Shown piece by piece: positions 51,064 through 61,757 of a DNA stretch of 64,000 nt. The stretch comes from Nitrospirota bacterium (GTDB lineage: Bacteria > Nitrospirota > UBA9217): the NCBI GenBank assembly GCA_963754875.1, contig CAVWHO010000021.1:1-64000 (forward strand), read 5' to 3'. The first letter of the stretch is position 1; each line of letters opens with the position of its first letter. Both the position numbers and the translations under genes were made by a program. The notes beneath the pieces are model-generated. The model saw only the letters and a list, made by a program, of their open reading frames with translations, ran no database searches and had not been told where the DNA came from.

Positions 51064-51404
51064 TCAGATACTTATGGATGATAACCAGATTTTTTTACTG
51101 AAATCGACTTTGTTGAACGTTGATCATGACAAGTATCCTGGCGCTATATTTTTGCTTCATGACGAAAATATACCTTGAACCAGATTAGCCTCTTCAATCA
51201 CAAGATCTACTCCGCGGTAGTTTCGGCCTGTCGAAATTGCAAAGTTCGCTCGATTTTGTGACTTTACAATATTCCCTGATTACACCAGATGTTTTATCTG
51301 ATGCTATACTTTTAATAGTTGTGCAGGTACGACTTTGCAGAAAATAAATTTAACAAAATAAGGGACCCCATTCCTTCCGGGAGAATTTTACGGGAGAGTT
51401 TACG

Positions 51405-54344
51405 ATGCTCGATATAATGAATCCGGACAACTATATTTTCAATGGCTACGCGCTCCCCATGTTCATTGCCGCAGCAGCAATTGCTCTCCTTGGACTTTTC
51501 ATTCTCTTCCGTGAGCGGGGGTCAAGTGTCGGTTTCTCTTTCCTTTTCATGTGTCTGAGCGTCGGTCTTTATTTATTCGCTACCGGTGCAAACTATGCGA
51601 GCCGCGACGAGGGCCTGTCACTGCTCTGGATCAGGATCTCTCAATTGGGCTCTGTCTTCATCCCCACCACCATACTTCTCTTGACCGCGAACCGACTCAA
51701 CCTGATCCATCGGCGTCGTTTCGCCATCGCATCCAGCTTTGCTCTATCGACGTTCTTTGCTCTCGCGGCCTTATTCACCGATTTATACGTCAAGGGGAGC
51801 GCGCCGTTCTTCTGGGGAAGGTTTGTCCAGTATGGACCTCTGGGTTTTGTGTTCCTGGGATTTTTTTTCGGTATCATGGTTTTTGTTCTCCGCCTTTACT
51901 GGTTGGAATACCGGCAAAGTTCTACTGAGCGGCAGAAGAAAAGACTGAGAGGGCTGCTGATAGCCTTCAGCGGTGGTTACCTGGGCTCAGTTGATTTTCT
52001 TCCGGCTTTTGGCCTTCCTGTCTATCCGTTCGGATATCTCCCTATATGCTTCTTCGTTGTTATGAGCGCCTACGTTATCATTCGATACCGATTCACGGAC
52101 ATTACGCCCGAGCTTGCCGCGGACCGCATTCTGGAGACCATGCAGGGTGCGGTGATCGTTAGTGACCTTAAGGGCCGAATCCGGGTGATCAACTGCGTAG
52201 CCGAGGAGATGCTTGGTTATCAAAAAGCAGAACTCCTCGGCAGGGATATTGAATCTATACTTCCCTCTCTGGCAGTATTCAACACCACCTCTCTCTTAAA
52301 CGGTAAATCCTATTCTCATGAGATGACATGGCACAGCAGGAGCGGGCAGCAATTCGATGTAAACATCTCCGTATCCGCAATCACGAATTTATTGGACAAT
52401 GCACCAGTCGGGATCGTTTATACGGCATACGACATCACCGAGCGCAAAAAGGCGGAAGAGTCCTTGCGCCGCAGTGAGGAAAGCTACCGGGGGCTGTTCA
52501 ATGGCGTTGGGGAGGCGATCTTCGTACAGGACCGGCAGGGCCGGTTTCTCGATGTTAATGCGGCGGCGGAAAGATTGTACGGATACCCGCCCGAATATTT
52601 CATCGGAAAGTCGCCCCGTGAGGTATCGGCGCCCGGGAAGAACGATTTCAAAGCACTGGCTGTCGCGCTGGAAAAAGCATTTACCGGTGAACAACAGCGG
52701 TTTGAATTCTGGGGGCAACGTGCTAACGGCGAAGTCTTTCCCAAAGAGGTTCGTCTTGTGCGCGGCGCGTATGGCGGGCAGGATGTGATTTTCGCATCGG
52801 CAGACGACATTACCGAACGCAAGAGGATGGAGAACGCCTTGCAGTCGTCGGAAGCGCGGTTCAGAACCATTATCGAAAATGCTTCTACCGGCATCCTTGT
52901 CGTCGATGTCGAGACCAGGTATTTCCGGTATGCCAATCCAGAGATCTGTCGTATGCTGGGATATAGTCACGACGAGCTTATGGCTCTCGACGTAACGGCC
53001 ATTCATCCGATGGCGGAAAGGAGCGCTGTGATTGAGAAGTTTGCAGGTGACCAGAACATGCTGACCGTCTGCAACATGCAGACCGCTTGCCTTCGCAAGG
53101 ATGGAACGGTATTCCCCGTGGACATCAAATCGGCAATCCTGGAACTTGATGGAAAGTTGTGCCATGCCGGATTCTTCACCGATATTTCGGAAAGACGTCT
53201 GCTCGAAGAGGAACAACTGAAGACCCAGAAACTCGAAGCCATCGGCACGCTGGCCGGCGGCATAGCGCATGACTTCAATAACTTGTTGCAGGGAGTATTC
53301 GGCTACATTTCCCTCGCGAAAATGGTGAGGGATGATGGAGAAAAAACTTTTACTGCACTCGAACAGGCCGAGAAGGCGCTACACATGTCGGTTAGACTTA
53401 CAAACCAGCTTTTGACGTTCGCGAAAGGCGGCCAACCGTTGAAGAAACCGATCAATCTTTGGCCAGTCATTGAGAATGCGGCGAAATTTGCCCTGAGCGG
53501 GTCACGCTCCGATTACCGCATCGTCAGGGGCGACAATCTCTGGCAAGCAGAAGCGGATGAGGGCCAGATCGGTCAGGTGATTCAGAATATCGTGCTGAAT
53601 GCCGATCAGGCCATGCCGCAAGGCGGCCGCGTGGAGATTACAATAAGAAACGTTGATTCTTCTGTCAAGGATCTGCCGAAGGGTCTGCGGGCTGAGAAAT
53701 ACATCGAGATCGCCGTCAAGGACAACGGCATCGGAATTCCGGAACAGTATTTGGGCAGGATCTTTGATCCCTATTTCACGACCAAAGAACGAGGAAGTGG
53801 TTTAGGTCTCGCGACATCCTATTCCATCATAACAAACCATGATGGATTGATTGAAGCTAAATCCGAAGTAGGCAAAGGGACGACCTTCTTCGTATACCTT
53901 CCCGCGCTGGCAGCGACACAAAAAGAAGAGACGGACAAACCGATAACAACCGCAGTCCCGGTGCGTGCGGGGAAGATTCTGGTCATGGACGACGAACCGG
54001 TCATCCGGGCTGTTGCCGGGGAGCTGATCAGCGCTCTCGGTCATAGAGTGGAATTCGCGACCCGTGGTGAAGAAGCCATCGAGAAGTATGAGAAGGCGAG
54101 ACAGGAAGACAAAGCATATGATGTCGTAATTCTCGATCTGACGATACGGGGCGGGATGGGTGGCGCGGAGACGGTTCTGAAGCTGAAAGAAATCGATGAC
54201 AATGTCACAGCAGTCGTTTCGAGCGGCTACTCCGATGATGCCGTGATATCGCACTACCGTGTTCAGGGGTTCAAGGCCTTTCTTAAGAAACCCTATAATG
54301 TTGATGACCTCCGCAGAGTTCTTAATACGTTGCTAATGGGCTAG
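51405..54344 (+). CDS. Hybrid sensor kinase (7TM N-terminus, 3 PAS, HisKA, HATPase, REC)
   Basis: DITERK PAS ends, GIAHDFNNLL, FDPYFTTK..GSGLGL, ILVMDDE..ILDLTI. Confidence 0.93.
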   Translation: MLDIMNPDNYIFNGYALPMFIAAAAIALLGLFILFRERGSSVGFSFLFMCLSVGLYLFATGANYASRDEGLSLLWIRISQLGSVFIPTTILLLTANRLNLIHRRRFAIASSFALSTFFALAALFTDLYVKGSAPFFWGRFVQYGPLGFVFLGFFFGIMVFVLRLYWLEYRQSSTERQKKRLRGLLIAFSGGYLGSVDFLPAFGLPVYPFGYLPICFFVVMSAYVIIRYRFTDITPELAADRILETMQGAVIVSDLKGRIRVINCVAEEMLGYQKAELLGRDIESILPSLAVFNTTSLLNGKSYSHEMTWHSRSGQQFDVNISVSAITNLLDNAPVGIVYTAYDITERKKAEESLRRSEESYRGLFNGVGEAIFVQDRQGRFLDVNAAAERLYGYPPEYFIGKSPREVSAPGKNDFKALAVALEKAFTGEQQRFEFWGQRANGEVFPKEVRLVRGAYGGQDVIFASADDITERKRMENALQSSEARFRTIIENASTGILVVDVETRYFRYANPEICRMLGYSHDELMALDVTAIHPMAERSAVIEKFAGDQNMLTVCNMQTACLRKDGTVFPVDIKSAILELDGKLCHAGFFTDISERRLLEEEQLKTQKLEAIGTLAGGIAHDFNNLLQGVFGYISLAKMVRDDGEKTFTALEQAEKALHMSVRLTNQLLTFAKGGQPLKKPINLWPVIENAAKFALSGSRSDYRIVRGDNLWQAEADEGQIGQVIQNIVLNADQAMPQGGRVEITIRNVDSSVKDLPKGLRAEKYIEIAVKDNGIGIPEQYLGRIFDPYFTTKERGSGLGLATSYSIITNHDGLIEAKSEVGKGTTFFVYLPALAATQKEETDKPITTAVPVRAGKILVMDDEPVIRAVAGELISALGHRVEFATRGEEAIEKYEKARQEDKAYDVVILDLTIRGGMGGAETVLKLKEIDDNVTAVVSSGYSDDAVISHYRVQGFKAFLKKPYNVDDLRRVLNTLLMG

Positions 54345-54674
54345 TGTTCTCCTTCCCACGTTTCTTTACATAGCGACCTTGGGCACTATCTCCGATATGG
54401 CATTTGAAAGCTTCAAATCGAGGCATATTCAAAGCATGCCACGATGGAAGTAGCATTCGAAGCCACTTCTTCGAACATGACATTGCGTTTTTAAGGTCAC
54501 GGTGCAGCAATAGTTTTTCTCTCACAACTTCGCCCTCACAATCAATACATTGTGTACGGCATGTCAAATGTATCACAGGGAATATGCGTACTGACAATAA
54601 GCTCCGATAGTGGAATACATCCTCAGTTATCAATAAAAATAACATAATCACTATCTATGGGCCATGATCGGACG

Positions 54675-54871
54675 CTCGCCGGAACACGCGCGAGCGCGCG
54701 TGATCATGAGGGAAATAGTCCTACGCCTCCCCGTTCTCGCTGTGGTCTTCGCGCACCGTGCCCCACTGGCGCTCGCTCACTCAAGTAGGGGCCCCAGTTC
54801 TTCCAGAAAACCGCATGCGCGGCGTTCTCGGCCAGGCGCTTGTCCTCGGCGGTGATATGCCCTTCATGCAT
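54675..54871 (-). pseudogene. 5' remnant of a GH63/MGH1-like glucosidase
   Basis: [46 protein letters not shown], with a 4-nt duplication frameshift, a TAG where Trp is expected, then truncation. Confidence 0.78.
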
Positions 54872-54958
54872 CAGCTCCTCCATTACATACCCTAAAGCTG
54901 CTGCCGATGATCAGCCCTGTGGAAAATCCCGGGGAGAGCGGCATGCCGCCGCACCGTG

Positions 54959-56485
54959 TTACGACCTCTGCCATTTGAGCCACGCCGTAAACATCTTCTT
55001 TACGAACGGAGTAAGACGCGTCCGATTATACGCATCGGCAAGCTTCTTGATTGCCTCCGCCTGGGTTGGATAGGGATGGATCGTCCGGCCAATCGCCGTA
55101 AGGCCAAGACCGGAGGTAATGGCGAGAGAAAATTCGTTGATCATCTCACCCGCGTGCCGGGCCACGATCGTTGCGCCAAGGATTCGATCGCCGCCCTTTT
55201 TGAGATGCACGCGGGCAAACCCTTCGGGTTCGCCGTCGAGCAGCGCCCGGTCCACGTCGGAAAACGGCACGGTAAGGGTCAGCACATCAATGTTCTCGCC
55301 CCTGGCCTCCTTTTCATACATCCCCACGTGGGCTATTTCGGGGTCGGTGTAGGTACACCAGGGGACGACGAGCGTTGAGGTTGTTTGTCTTGCCATGAAC
55401 AGGGCGTTTGCGATCAGGATGCGTGCCAGGGCGTCAGCAGTATGCGTGAATTTGTAGGGGTAGCAGATATCTCCGGCCGCAAACACGCGCGGATTCGAGG
55501 TCTGGAGCCGATCGTTTACCTTCACCCCATCACGAAGGTCATAGGCTATGCCCGCCTTCTCGAGTCCGAGCCCTTCAACGTTCGGGACCCTGCCCACGCC
55601 CACGAGAATTTCATCAACAGGCACTTCTACGGTTATGCCGTCCTCTTCAACGATGACGACTTTGCCATCCCTTTGCTTCTTGGCCCCAAGGATCTTTGCC
55701 TGAAGCCGTAGAGCGACCCCATCCCTCATAAGGGCCTTATGTATGATTTCCGCAGCATCAGCGTCCTCTCTCGGCAAAACATGTCCGCCGCGCTGGAGGA
55801 TGGTGACTTCGCTGCCCATGCGTGCAAAAGCCTGGGCAAGCTCGCAGCCGATGGGACCGCCGCCGATGACCGCGAGCCTCTTCGGAAGTTCCGTCAGCCA
55901 GAAAACGTTTTCATTGGTCAGGAAGCCGGTTTCTTCTATGCCCGGAATAGGAGGCGCTGCTGCACGCGCGCCGGCGCAGAGCGCGGCCTTTTTAAACCGA
56001 AGGCGCTTGCCGTCAACCTCGATGCAGTCCGGACCGGTGAATTTCGCGCCGCCAAAGAAAAGGTCCACTCCGAGTTCTTTACTAAAACGCTCCGCAGAGT
56101 CATGTGCACTGATCCCGGCCCTGATCCGGCGCATGCGTTCCATGGCCTTACCGAAGTCAATGGAAACATCCTTACCGTACCGTATACCGAACTCTTCTGC
56201 TGTCCTGACCTCGTAGGCTGCGCGGCTCGCCCTGATAATTCCCTTGGAGGGAACGCATCCGACGTTCAGGCAGTCGCCTCCCAGCATATGACGCTCGATG
56301 AGCGCAACCTTTGCGCCGAGCCCCGCAGCTCCTGCAGCAGTAACCAGTCCCGCGGTCCCCGCACCAATCACGACCAGGTTGTAGCAGGAAGCAGGTTCCG
56401 GGTTTTTCCATCCAGCAGGGTGGACGTTTTCGATAAGGGTCTTGTTGTTCTCGTCCTGCGGCAGTACCAAGGTCTGCGTTTCCAT
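54959..56485 (-). CDS. Class I pyridine nucleotide-disulfide oxidoreductase ('mercuric reductase-like', lacks the MerA C-terminal Cys-Cys)
   Basis: GAGTAG, GGDCLNVGCVPSK, GGGPIGCE, AAGD, IHPYPTQAE. Confidence 0.9.
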   Translation of the reverse strand: METQTLVLPQDENNKTLIENVHPAGWKNPEPASCYNLVVIGAGTAGLVTAAGAAGLGAKVALIERHMLGGDCLNVGCVPSKGIIRASRAAYEVRTAEEFGIRYGKDVSIDFGKAMERMRRIRAGISAHDSAERFSKELGVDLFFGGAKFTGPDCIEVDGKRLRFKKAALCAGARAAAPPIPGIEETGFLTNENVFWLTELPKRLAVIGGGPIGCELAQAFARMGSEVTILQRGGHVLPREDADAAEIIHKALMRDGVALRLQAKILGAKKQRDGKVVIVEEDGITVEVPVDEILVGVGRVPNVEGLGLEKAGIAYDLRDGVKVNDRLQTSNPRVFAAGDICYPYKFTHTADALARILIANALFMARQTTSTLVVPWCTYTDPEIAHVGMYEKEARGENIDVLTLTVPFSDVDRALLDGEPEGFARVHLKKGGDRILGATIVARHAGEMINEFSLAITSGLGLTAIGRTIHPYPTQAEAIKKLADAYNRTRLTPFVKKMFTAWLKWQRS

Positions 56486-56589
56486 GCGCACGGGCCTCTC
56501 TTTCGGTAGTCGGAAAAGCCTTCATAAATGTGCCGGCCTTCTACTTCCAGATGATTCTCGGGGTGATGTCGCCGCCGGTGTCTCCGTCA

Positions 56590-56803
56590 GGGATAAAAAT
56601 TGGCCGTGTTGTCTTTTTCACATTGCCTCGTATGGTGGAAGAATATCAGTATCGGCATAAAAGTCACAGAAAAAAGCGGCATCCAGTGTGATGAGTACAA
56701 AAGGGAAGACAGGAAGGAACCGGAGAAAAATTATGGAATTAAATCCTTGGACGGCAGCACCAATATTAAAGACTGCCAGTATCCTCAGCCTCCTGGTTTC
56801 CAT
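56590..56803 (-). pseudogene. Internally deleted TVP38/TMEM64 (VTT) remnant
   Basis: GGAGG RBS; GFNSIIFLRFLPVFPFVLI resembles the VTT motif; located between arsS and the oxidoreductase. Confidence 0.5.
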
Positions 56804-56825
56804 AATGCCTCCGGCGTTCTGTTTT

Positions 56826-56845
56826 CAGCAGACGACCGTCTGCTA
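56826..56845 (-). other. Bacterial SECIS hairpin of arsS
   Basis: UAGCAGAC-GGUC-GUCUGCUG beginning 15 nt after the UGA at 56863-56861. Confidence 0.8.
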
Positions 56846-57805
56846 CGCGACTGTTCCCACTCATGACGAGCCATGTCCGGCTGTGCATCCATAACAGTGG
56901 TCGCCGAACGAGATCGATCGGTTAGCCAAAGCAGCGTAGTCGAAATCGTCGATATGCTGGGGCGCGCGGGCAGCGGTTGCAAGCCCAAACACCTGGTTGA
57001 AATCACAGTCGAATAGGGCACCATCCCATCCGACGTTAACTATATGCCGACACATGATGCCGTCCAACGTTCCAGGATTGAATGCGCCTGCAAGTTTGTC
57101 CAGGTATTTATCAAGGTTCCCCGTCCTGACGAGATATTCGCGGAACCTGCCGATCGGCATATTCGTGAACGTGTACAGACGGGTAAAAGAGATGCCGAAA
57201 CGGTCCTTGAGTTCACGCCGATACTCCGTCTCAAGGGAGCACTGGGATGGCGAGAGGAACATCCCCGGGGGATTGTACACAAGGCTCAATGAAGGGCCTC
57301 TCGAATCAATGCCGTAACCCAAACCATTCAGGATCTTCAACGCCTCAATGCTTTTTTTATAAGTACCGTTCCCGCGGATCCTATCGACGCTGTCCTCCAG
57401 ATAATAAGGCAGCGAGGCGATCAATTCCACGCCCTGATCGCGGTACCACTCCGGATACGAATCAAGCCCCCGTTCGAAGAAGACGGTCAGATTGGTGCGC
57501 ACAATCACGCGCTTTCCCGACGTTCTCGTTTCTCTTATGATCGTCCTTAACGATGGGTTCAATTCCGGAGCTCCGCCGGTAATATCAAGCGTCTCAAAAG
57601 GATTTTCCGTCACAGCACGGATCACCTGTGCAGCTGTTTTTTGGTTCATGACCTCCCGGCGTCCCTGACCGCCGGAAACGTGGCAATGTTTGCATGCGAG
57701 ATTGCAAAGGAATCCCGTGTTCACCTGAAGGACATTGAGGTCAATTGCCTTTAACGATTGCGATGAAATTTCGCTGATTTTTTCCTTGAATGACTTCATT
57801 TCCAT
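56843..57805 (-). CDS. arsS: Arsenosugar-biosynthesis radical SAM selenoprotein (UGA at 56863-56861 read as Sec)
   Basis: CNLACKHCH, LDITGGAPE, DCDFNQ, HCYGCTAGHGSS-U-VGTVA*; SECIS present. Confidence 0.88.
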
Positions 57806-57837
57806 GGCCGTCGCCGCACCAATCCTGCAGATCAGTT

Positions 57838-58170
57838 TTATAGTGAGTTCCGATCGACCGTATTATGTGCCTGGAGGGTGTGAATCAACGATGCGCCTCC
57901 TCGGATCGCAGAGGCCACGTGGACTGCTTCGGTGATGTGCTCCAGGCTCATGCCTTCCTCCAGACAGGATTTTGTGTACGCATCGATGCAATATGGGCAT
58001 TGGATAACATGGGCCACACCCACGCCGATCAGGACCTTTTCCCGCTTGGTCAGCTTACCCGGCTCAAGAGATGACGTGTACCAATCGATGAATTTCTTAA
58101 AAAGCACCGGGTTATGCTTACCCACATCCCCGAATTTTTCTAGATCTTCTGCTTTGTAATATTCGGTCAT
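57838..58170 (-). CDS. CMD/AhpD-family peroxidase-like protein associated with ArsS
   Basis: LTKREKVLI..QCPYCIDAY..EAVHVASAIRGGASLIH. Confidence 0.88.
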   Translation of the reverse strand: MTEYYKAEDLEKFGDVGKHNPVLFKKFIDWYTSSLEPGKLTKREKVLIGVGVAHVIQCPYCIDAYTKSCLEEGMSLEHITEAVHVASAIRGGASLIHTLQAHNTVDRNSL

Positions 58171-58404
58171 TGCCCCTCTCCTTCTTTCGTTTAAATATTT
58201 CAGGATATCCTGCACGGCATAGGTACATATTTATTTACCTATCCAAATTGATCATCCAGAATGTCGTATCGTAGACAGCACTGACCTGTCTCGATAATAA
58301 GATATCATAGAATTGTTGAAATAAAAAACCCTCAAACTTCATCCATAGCTAATCCCGGATAGATCTGAGGGTACTCTCAATTGCATGTATAAATTTCCGG
58401 TTGA

Positions 58405-59697
58405 TTAATGTTTAAACACGCGCTGGCCGGTAAAGACCATGGTCACTTTGGGGTCAGCTTCATTACACGCGGTAATTGCATCGAAATCCCTGTCCGACCC
58501 GCCGGGCTGCACGATTGCCGATACGCCCTCTTTAATGCCAACGTCAACGCCATCGCGGAACGGGAAAAACGCATCCGAGACCATGGTCGAACCGATGAGG
58601 CCGCCCTTGTCCTTCCTGGTCTGCTCGTCAATCTCCCTGAGCGCACCCTTGTCCCGCTTTCCCTTGTTTGCTTCCAGCTCGAATTCTTTATAAGGAATAC
58701 CGTATTTCTTAAAACAGAGAGCGTCGGCATACTTCGTATAGGCCTTAAAGATTGCGATCTCGGCAACACCTACACGGTCCTGTTCTCCGGTCCCGATGCC
58801 GACGGTGACGCCGTTCTTCACATAAATGACTGAGTTCGACGTAATCCCCTGCTCCACGTTCCAGCCGAACAGCATGTCGTCATACTCCTGGTCCGTGGGG
58901 GTCCGTTCAATCTTGTACTCCCGGCTTTTATAGACGGTTTTCGCTTCCTGGAAATCCTCTTTCATTCTAATTGCGTTTTTCTGGGACTGCTGAACGATCA
59001 AACCGCCGTCGATAAGCGCCTTAAATTCCACAAAGCTCATGTCCCGGTATTTCGCCAGTTCAGCAATCTTCTCGAGTTTGATAATGCGCAGGTTTTTGCG
59101 TTTTGCAAGGATAGCCACTGTCCCTTCTTCGAAATCAGGGGCTGCAACCACCTCAAGGTAGTTTGCATTCGCCATTTCGGCAAGCTGTTTGTCGATGGAC
59201 CGGTTCACGCATAGACAGCCTCCGAAGGCTGCAATGCGGTCCGCCATGTTCGCACGTTCGTAGGCGTCCGCGACGGTCTTTCCGTAAGCAACGCCACAGG
59301 GGTTGTTGTGCTTCATAATGGCGGCAACAGGACGTTCGGTCAGGAACTTGAGGATATTCAACGCATTGTCAAGATCGGTGAAATTCGTTTTCCCCGGATG
59401 TTTGCCTGCCTGGAGCATCTGTTCCTCGGTGATACTGCTCACCAGGCCGTTACCGGGTTCTATGAACCGTGCCTTGGCAAGAACAAGGTTCCCGCTGACA
59501 AGCTGGTACATCGCCGCCTGCTGGTCGGGATTCTCTCCGTACCGCAGCCCTTTTTCGATGACCTCTCCCGTACTTTCATCCGCGAGCTTCCATGACCTTT
59601 TCCGGTAAACCAGTTTTTGCTCGCCGTAGGTGATGGTCATTTCCGCGGGAAAATTATCGGACATGATGGTTTTATACATTTTTTTGATATCTGACAC
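58405..59697 (-). CDS. purH: PurH-like AICAR transformylase domain protein lacking the N-terminal IMP cyclohydrolase (MGS-like) domain
   Basis: LRYGENP, MKHNNPCG, AFGG, SNSV..GIGTGEQDRV, SDAFFPFRDG, QPGGS..D, QRVFKH. Confidence 0.85.
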   Translation of the reverse strand: MSDIKKMYKTIMSDNFPAEMTITYGEQKLVYRKRSWKLADESTGEVIEKGLRYGENPDQQAAMYQLVSGNLVLAKARFIEPGNGLVSSITEEQMLQAGKHPGKTNFTDLDNALNILKFLTERPVAAIMKHNNPCGVAYGKTVADAYERANMADRIAAFGGCLCVNRSIDKQLAEMANANYLEVVAAPDFEEGTVAILAKRKNLRIIKLEKIAELAKYRDMSFVEFKALIDGGLIVQQSQKNAIRMKEDFQEAKTVYKSREYKIERTPTDQEYDDMLFGWNVEQGITSNSVIYVKNGVTVGIGTGEQDRVGVAEIAIFKAYTKYADALCFKKYGIPYKEFELEANKGKRDKGALREIDEQTRKDKGGLIGSTMVSDAFFPFRDGVDVGIKEGVSAIVQPGGSDRDFDAITACNEADPKVTMVFTGQRVFKH

Positions 59698-59726
59698 GAA
59701 GACCTCCCTACTAAGCTGGTTGAAAA

Positions 59727-60629
59727 TCAGACTTTATCCTCGGACTTTTGTCCGAGCAAGCCGGCAGGACGGATAATGAGCACAATGATCAGTACGAGAA
59801 AGGCAAAGGCATCCTTATACACGCTCGAGATGTAGCTTGCCCCGAAGTTTTCGATCAAACCGAGCATGAAACCGCCGAGCATCGCGCCCGGTATGCTGCC
59901 GATCCCTCCGAGCACCGCTGCAGTAAATGCCTTAATGCCGGCCAGATACCCCATGAAAAAGTGCACCACGCCGTAATACAGCGTCACCATGACCCCGGCT
60001 ACGGCAGCGAGCGCCGAACCGATCATAAAGGTGATGGATATGACCTGGTTGATATTGATGCCCACGAGGCCTGCCATTACGCGATCCTGAGACGTGGCGC
60101 GCATCGCTTTCCCAAGCCGCGTTTTCGCGACGAAAAGCTGGAGCCCGACCATGATAAGAACGGACGCAGTCAGAATGAATATCTGCGCCGGAGATACATT
60201 GGCCCCGAACAGGGAAAATCCTTCCGCAGGCAGCATGGGAGGAAGGTTCTTGTATTCCTTGCCCTGGCTCAGCATGACGAAATTCTGGAGAATGATCGAC
60301 ATACCCACAGCGCTGATGAGCGGCGCGAGCTTTGAGGCGTTCCTGATGGGACGGTATGCTACGCGCTCGATCACGGCCCCGTAGGCAGCGCAGAATGCCA
60401 TCGACACAAGGATGGTGACCAGAAGCGACAAGGGAAGACTGTAGGCCGTCAAGCCCAGATAAGTCAATAGGCCGAGTACGATGATACCGAGGTAGGCGCC
60501 GAGCATATAGACCTCGCCGTGGGCGAAGTTAATAAGCTGCAGAATGCCGTACACCATGGTATACCCGAGCGCGATCAGGGCGTACACCGCGCCGAGGGCC
60601 AGACCGTTTATGAGCTGTTGGGTGAACAT
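59727..60629 (-). CDS. livH: Branched-chain amino acid ABC permease
   Basis: YALIALGYTMVYGILQLINFAHGE, GKAMRA, KAFTAAVLGGIG. Confidence 0.93.
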   Translation of the reverse strand: MFTQQLINGLALGAVYALIALGYTMVYGILQLINFAHGEVYMLGAYLGIIVLGLLTYLGLTAYSLPLSLLVTILVSMAFCAAYGAVIERVAYRPIRNASKLAPLISAVGMSIILQNFVMLSQGKEYKNLPPMLPAEGFSLFGANVSPAQIFILTASVLIMVGLQLFVAKTRLGKAMRATSQDRVMAGLVGININQVISITFMIGSALAAVAGVMVTLYYGVVHFFMGYLAGIKAFTAAVLGGIGSIPGAMLGGFMLGLIENFGASYISSVYKDAFAFLVLIIVLIIRPAGLLGQKSEDKV

Positions 60630-60661
60630 AATTTATAAATGAGCAGCGACGCTGCCGAGGG

Positions 60662-61757
60662 TCATTTTACTTCCACAAATTTCCCGTCTTTGACCTGCCA
60701 GATCACATAAGGCGCCTTGGTCACATCGCCGTTCTTATCGAACGATATATCGCCGAATGCCCCATGGAAGTTGGTTTTGGAAATGTAAGCGGCGAGAATG
60801 TCACCGTCCGTGCTTTTGCTCTCCGCAATCGACGAGAGAATGATATTGGCCGCGTCATAAGCGTAGATCGAATACGGCCCCGGGTCCCCGTACTTGGCCT
60901 TGTATTTCTCCATAAAGGTCTTTGCCGTTGAAAGTCCGGCCGGTTCCTTCCCGAAGGTCACGTACGTCCCCTCGGCGGACTTGCCTGCAATGCTGATGAA
61001 CGTAGGGTCGAAGACCCCGTCGCCGGTGACCATGGGGATTGCCAACCCGATCTCCTTTGCCTGACGCACGAGCCTGCCCGCCTCGGGATAGATGCCGCCG
61101 AAGAAATAGACATCCGGCTTGTTCTCTTTGATCGTGGTTAACACGGCCTTGTAATCGGGGTCCCGCTGAATGATGCCGCCGTAATAGACCACCTGTACTT
61201 TTTCACCCAGCGCTTTCTTAAAATAATCCGCCAGCCCCTGGCCGTAAGCAGTTTTGTCATGAATAATCGCCACCCGGTTTGGATGAAGTTTGGTCAGGAC
61301 GAATTCTGCGGCAATGCGGCCCTGTTGGTCGTCGGTCCCACAGACGCGAAAAACTTTTTTGTAACCCTGGAGCGTAAACAGAGGGTTCGTCGTGGCCGGA
61401 GATATCATGACCATGTTCGCATCATTATAGTATTTCGACGTCGGGATGGAACAGCTTGAATTCCAGTGGCCGACCACGGCCACGGTCTTTCTGATTAATA
61501 AATTTGTTCGCTATGGAAACGGCCTGTTTGGGATCTGCCTGATCGTCGCCTGCCAGCATGACGATCTTCTTTCCCAGTACGCCGCCCCGGGCGTTCCATT
61601 CGGCTACGGCGAGCTCAACGGCATTCCTGAGGTCCACCCCCATTTTGCTCTGATCGCCTGTCATAGGTCCTGCTGCGCCGATTTTGATCACATTCTCATC
61701 CTGGTGGGTGCACCCCAGAAGGATCGTCAGCAGGATCATACAGAGAACTTTTTTCAT
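60662..61757 (-). CDS. livK: Branched-chain amino acid binding lipoprotein, frameshift near 61488
   Basis: LLGC lipobox, GPMTG, DDQADPKQA; the next frame has VVGHWNSSCSIP, ATTNP, FRVCGTDDQQG. Confidence 0.9.

Noticed and set aside
54322..54651. 109-aa AT-rich ORF on the minus strand
   Set aside because: No recognisable motifs or RBS; probably non-coding or decayed foreign DNA.
54959..56485. merA / mercury resistance
   Set aside because: No C-terminal Cys-Cys, no NmerA domain and no mer operon genes.
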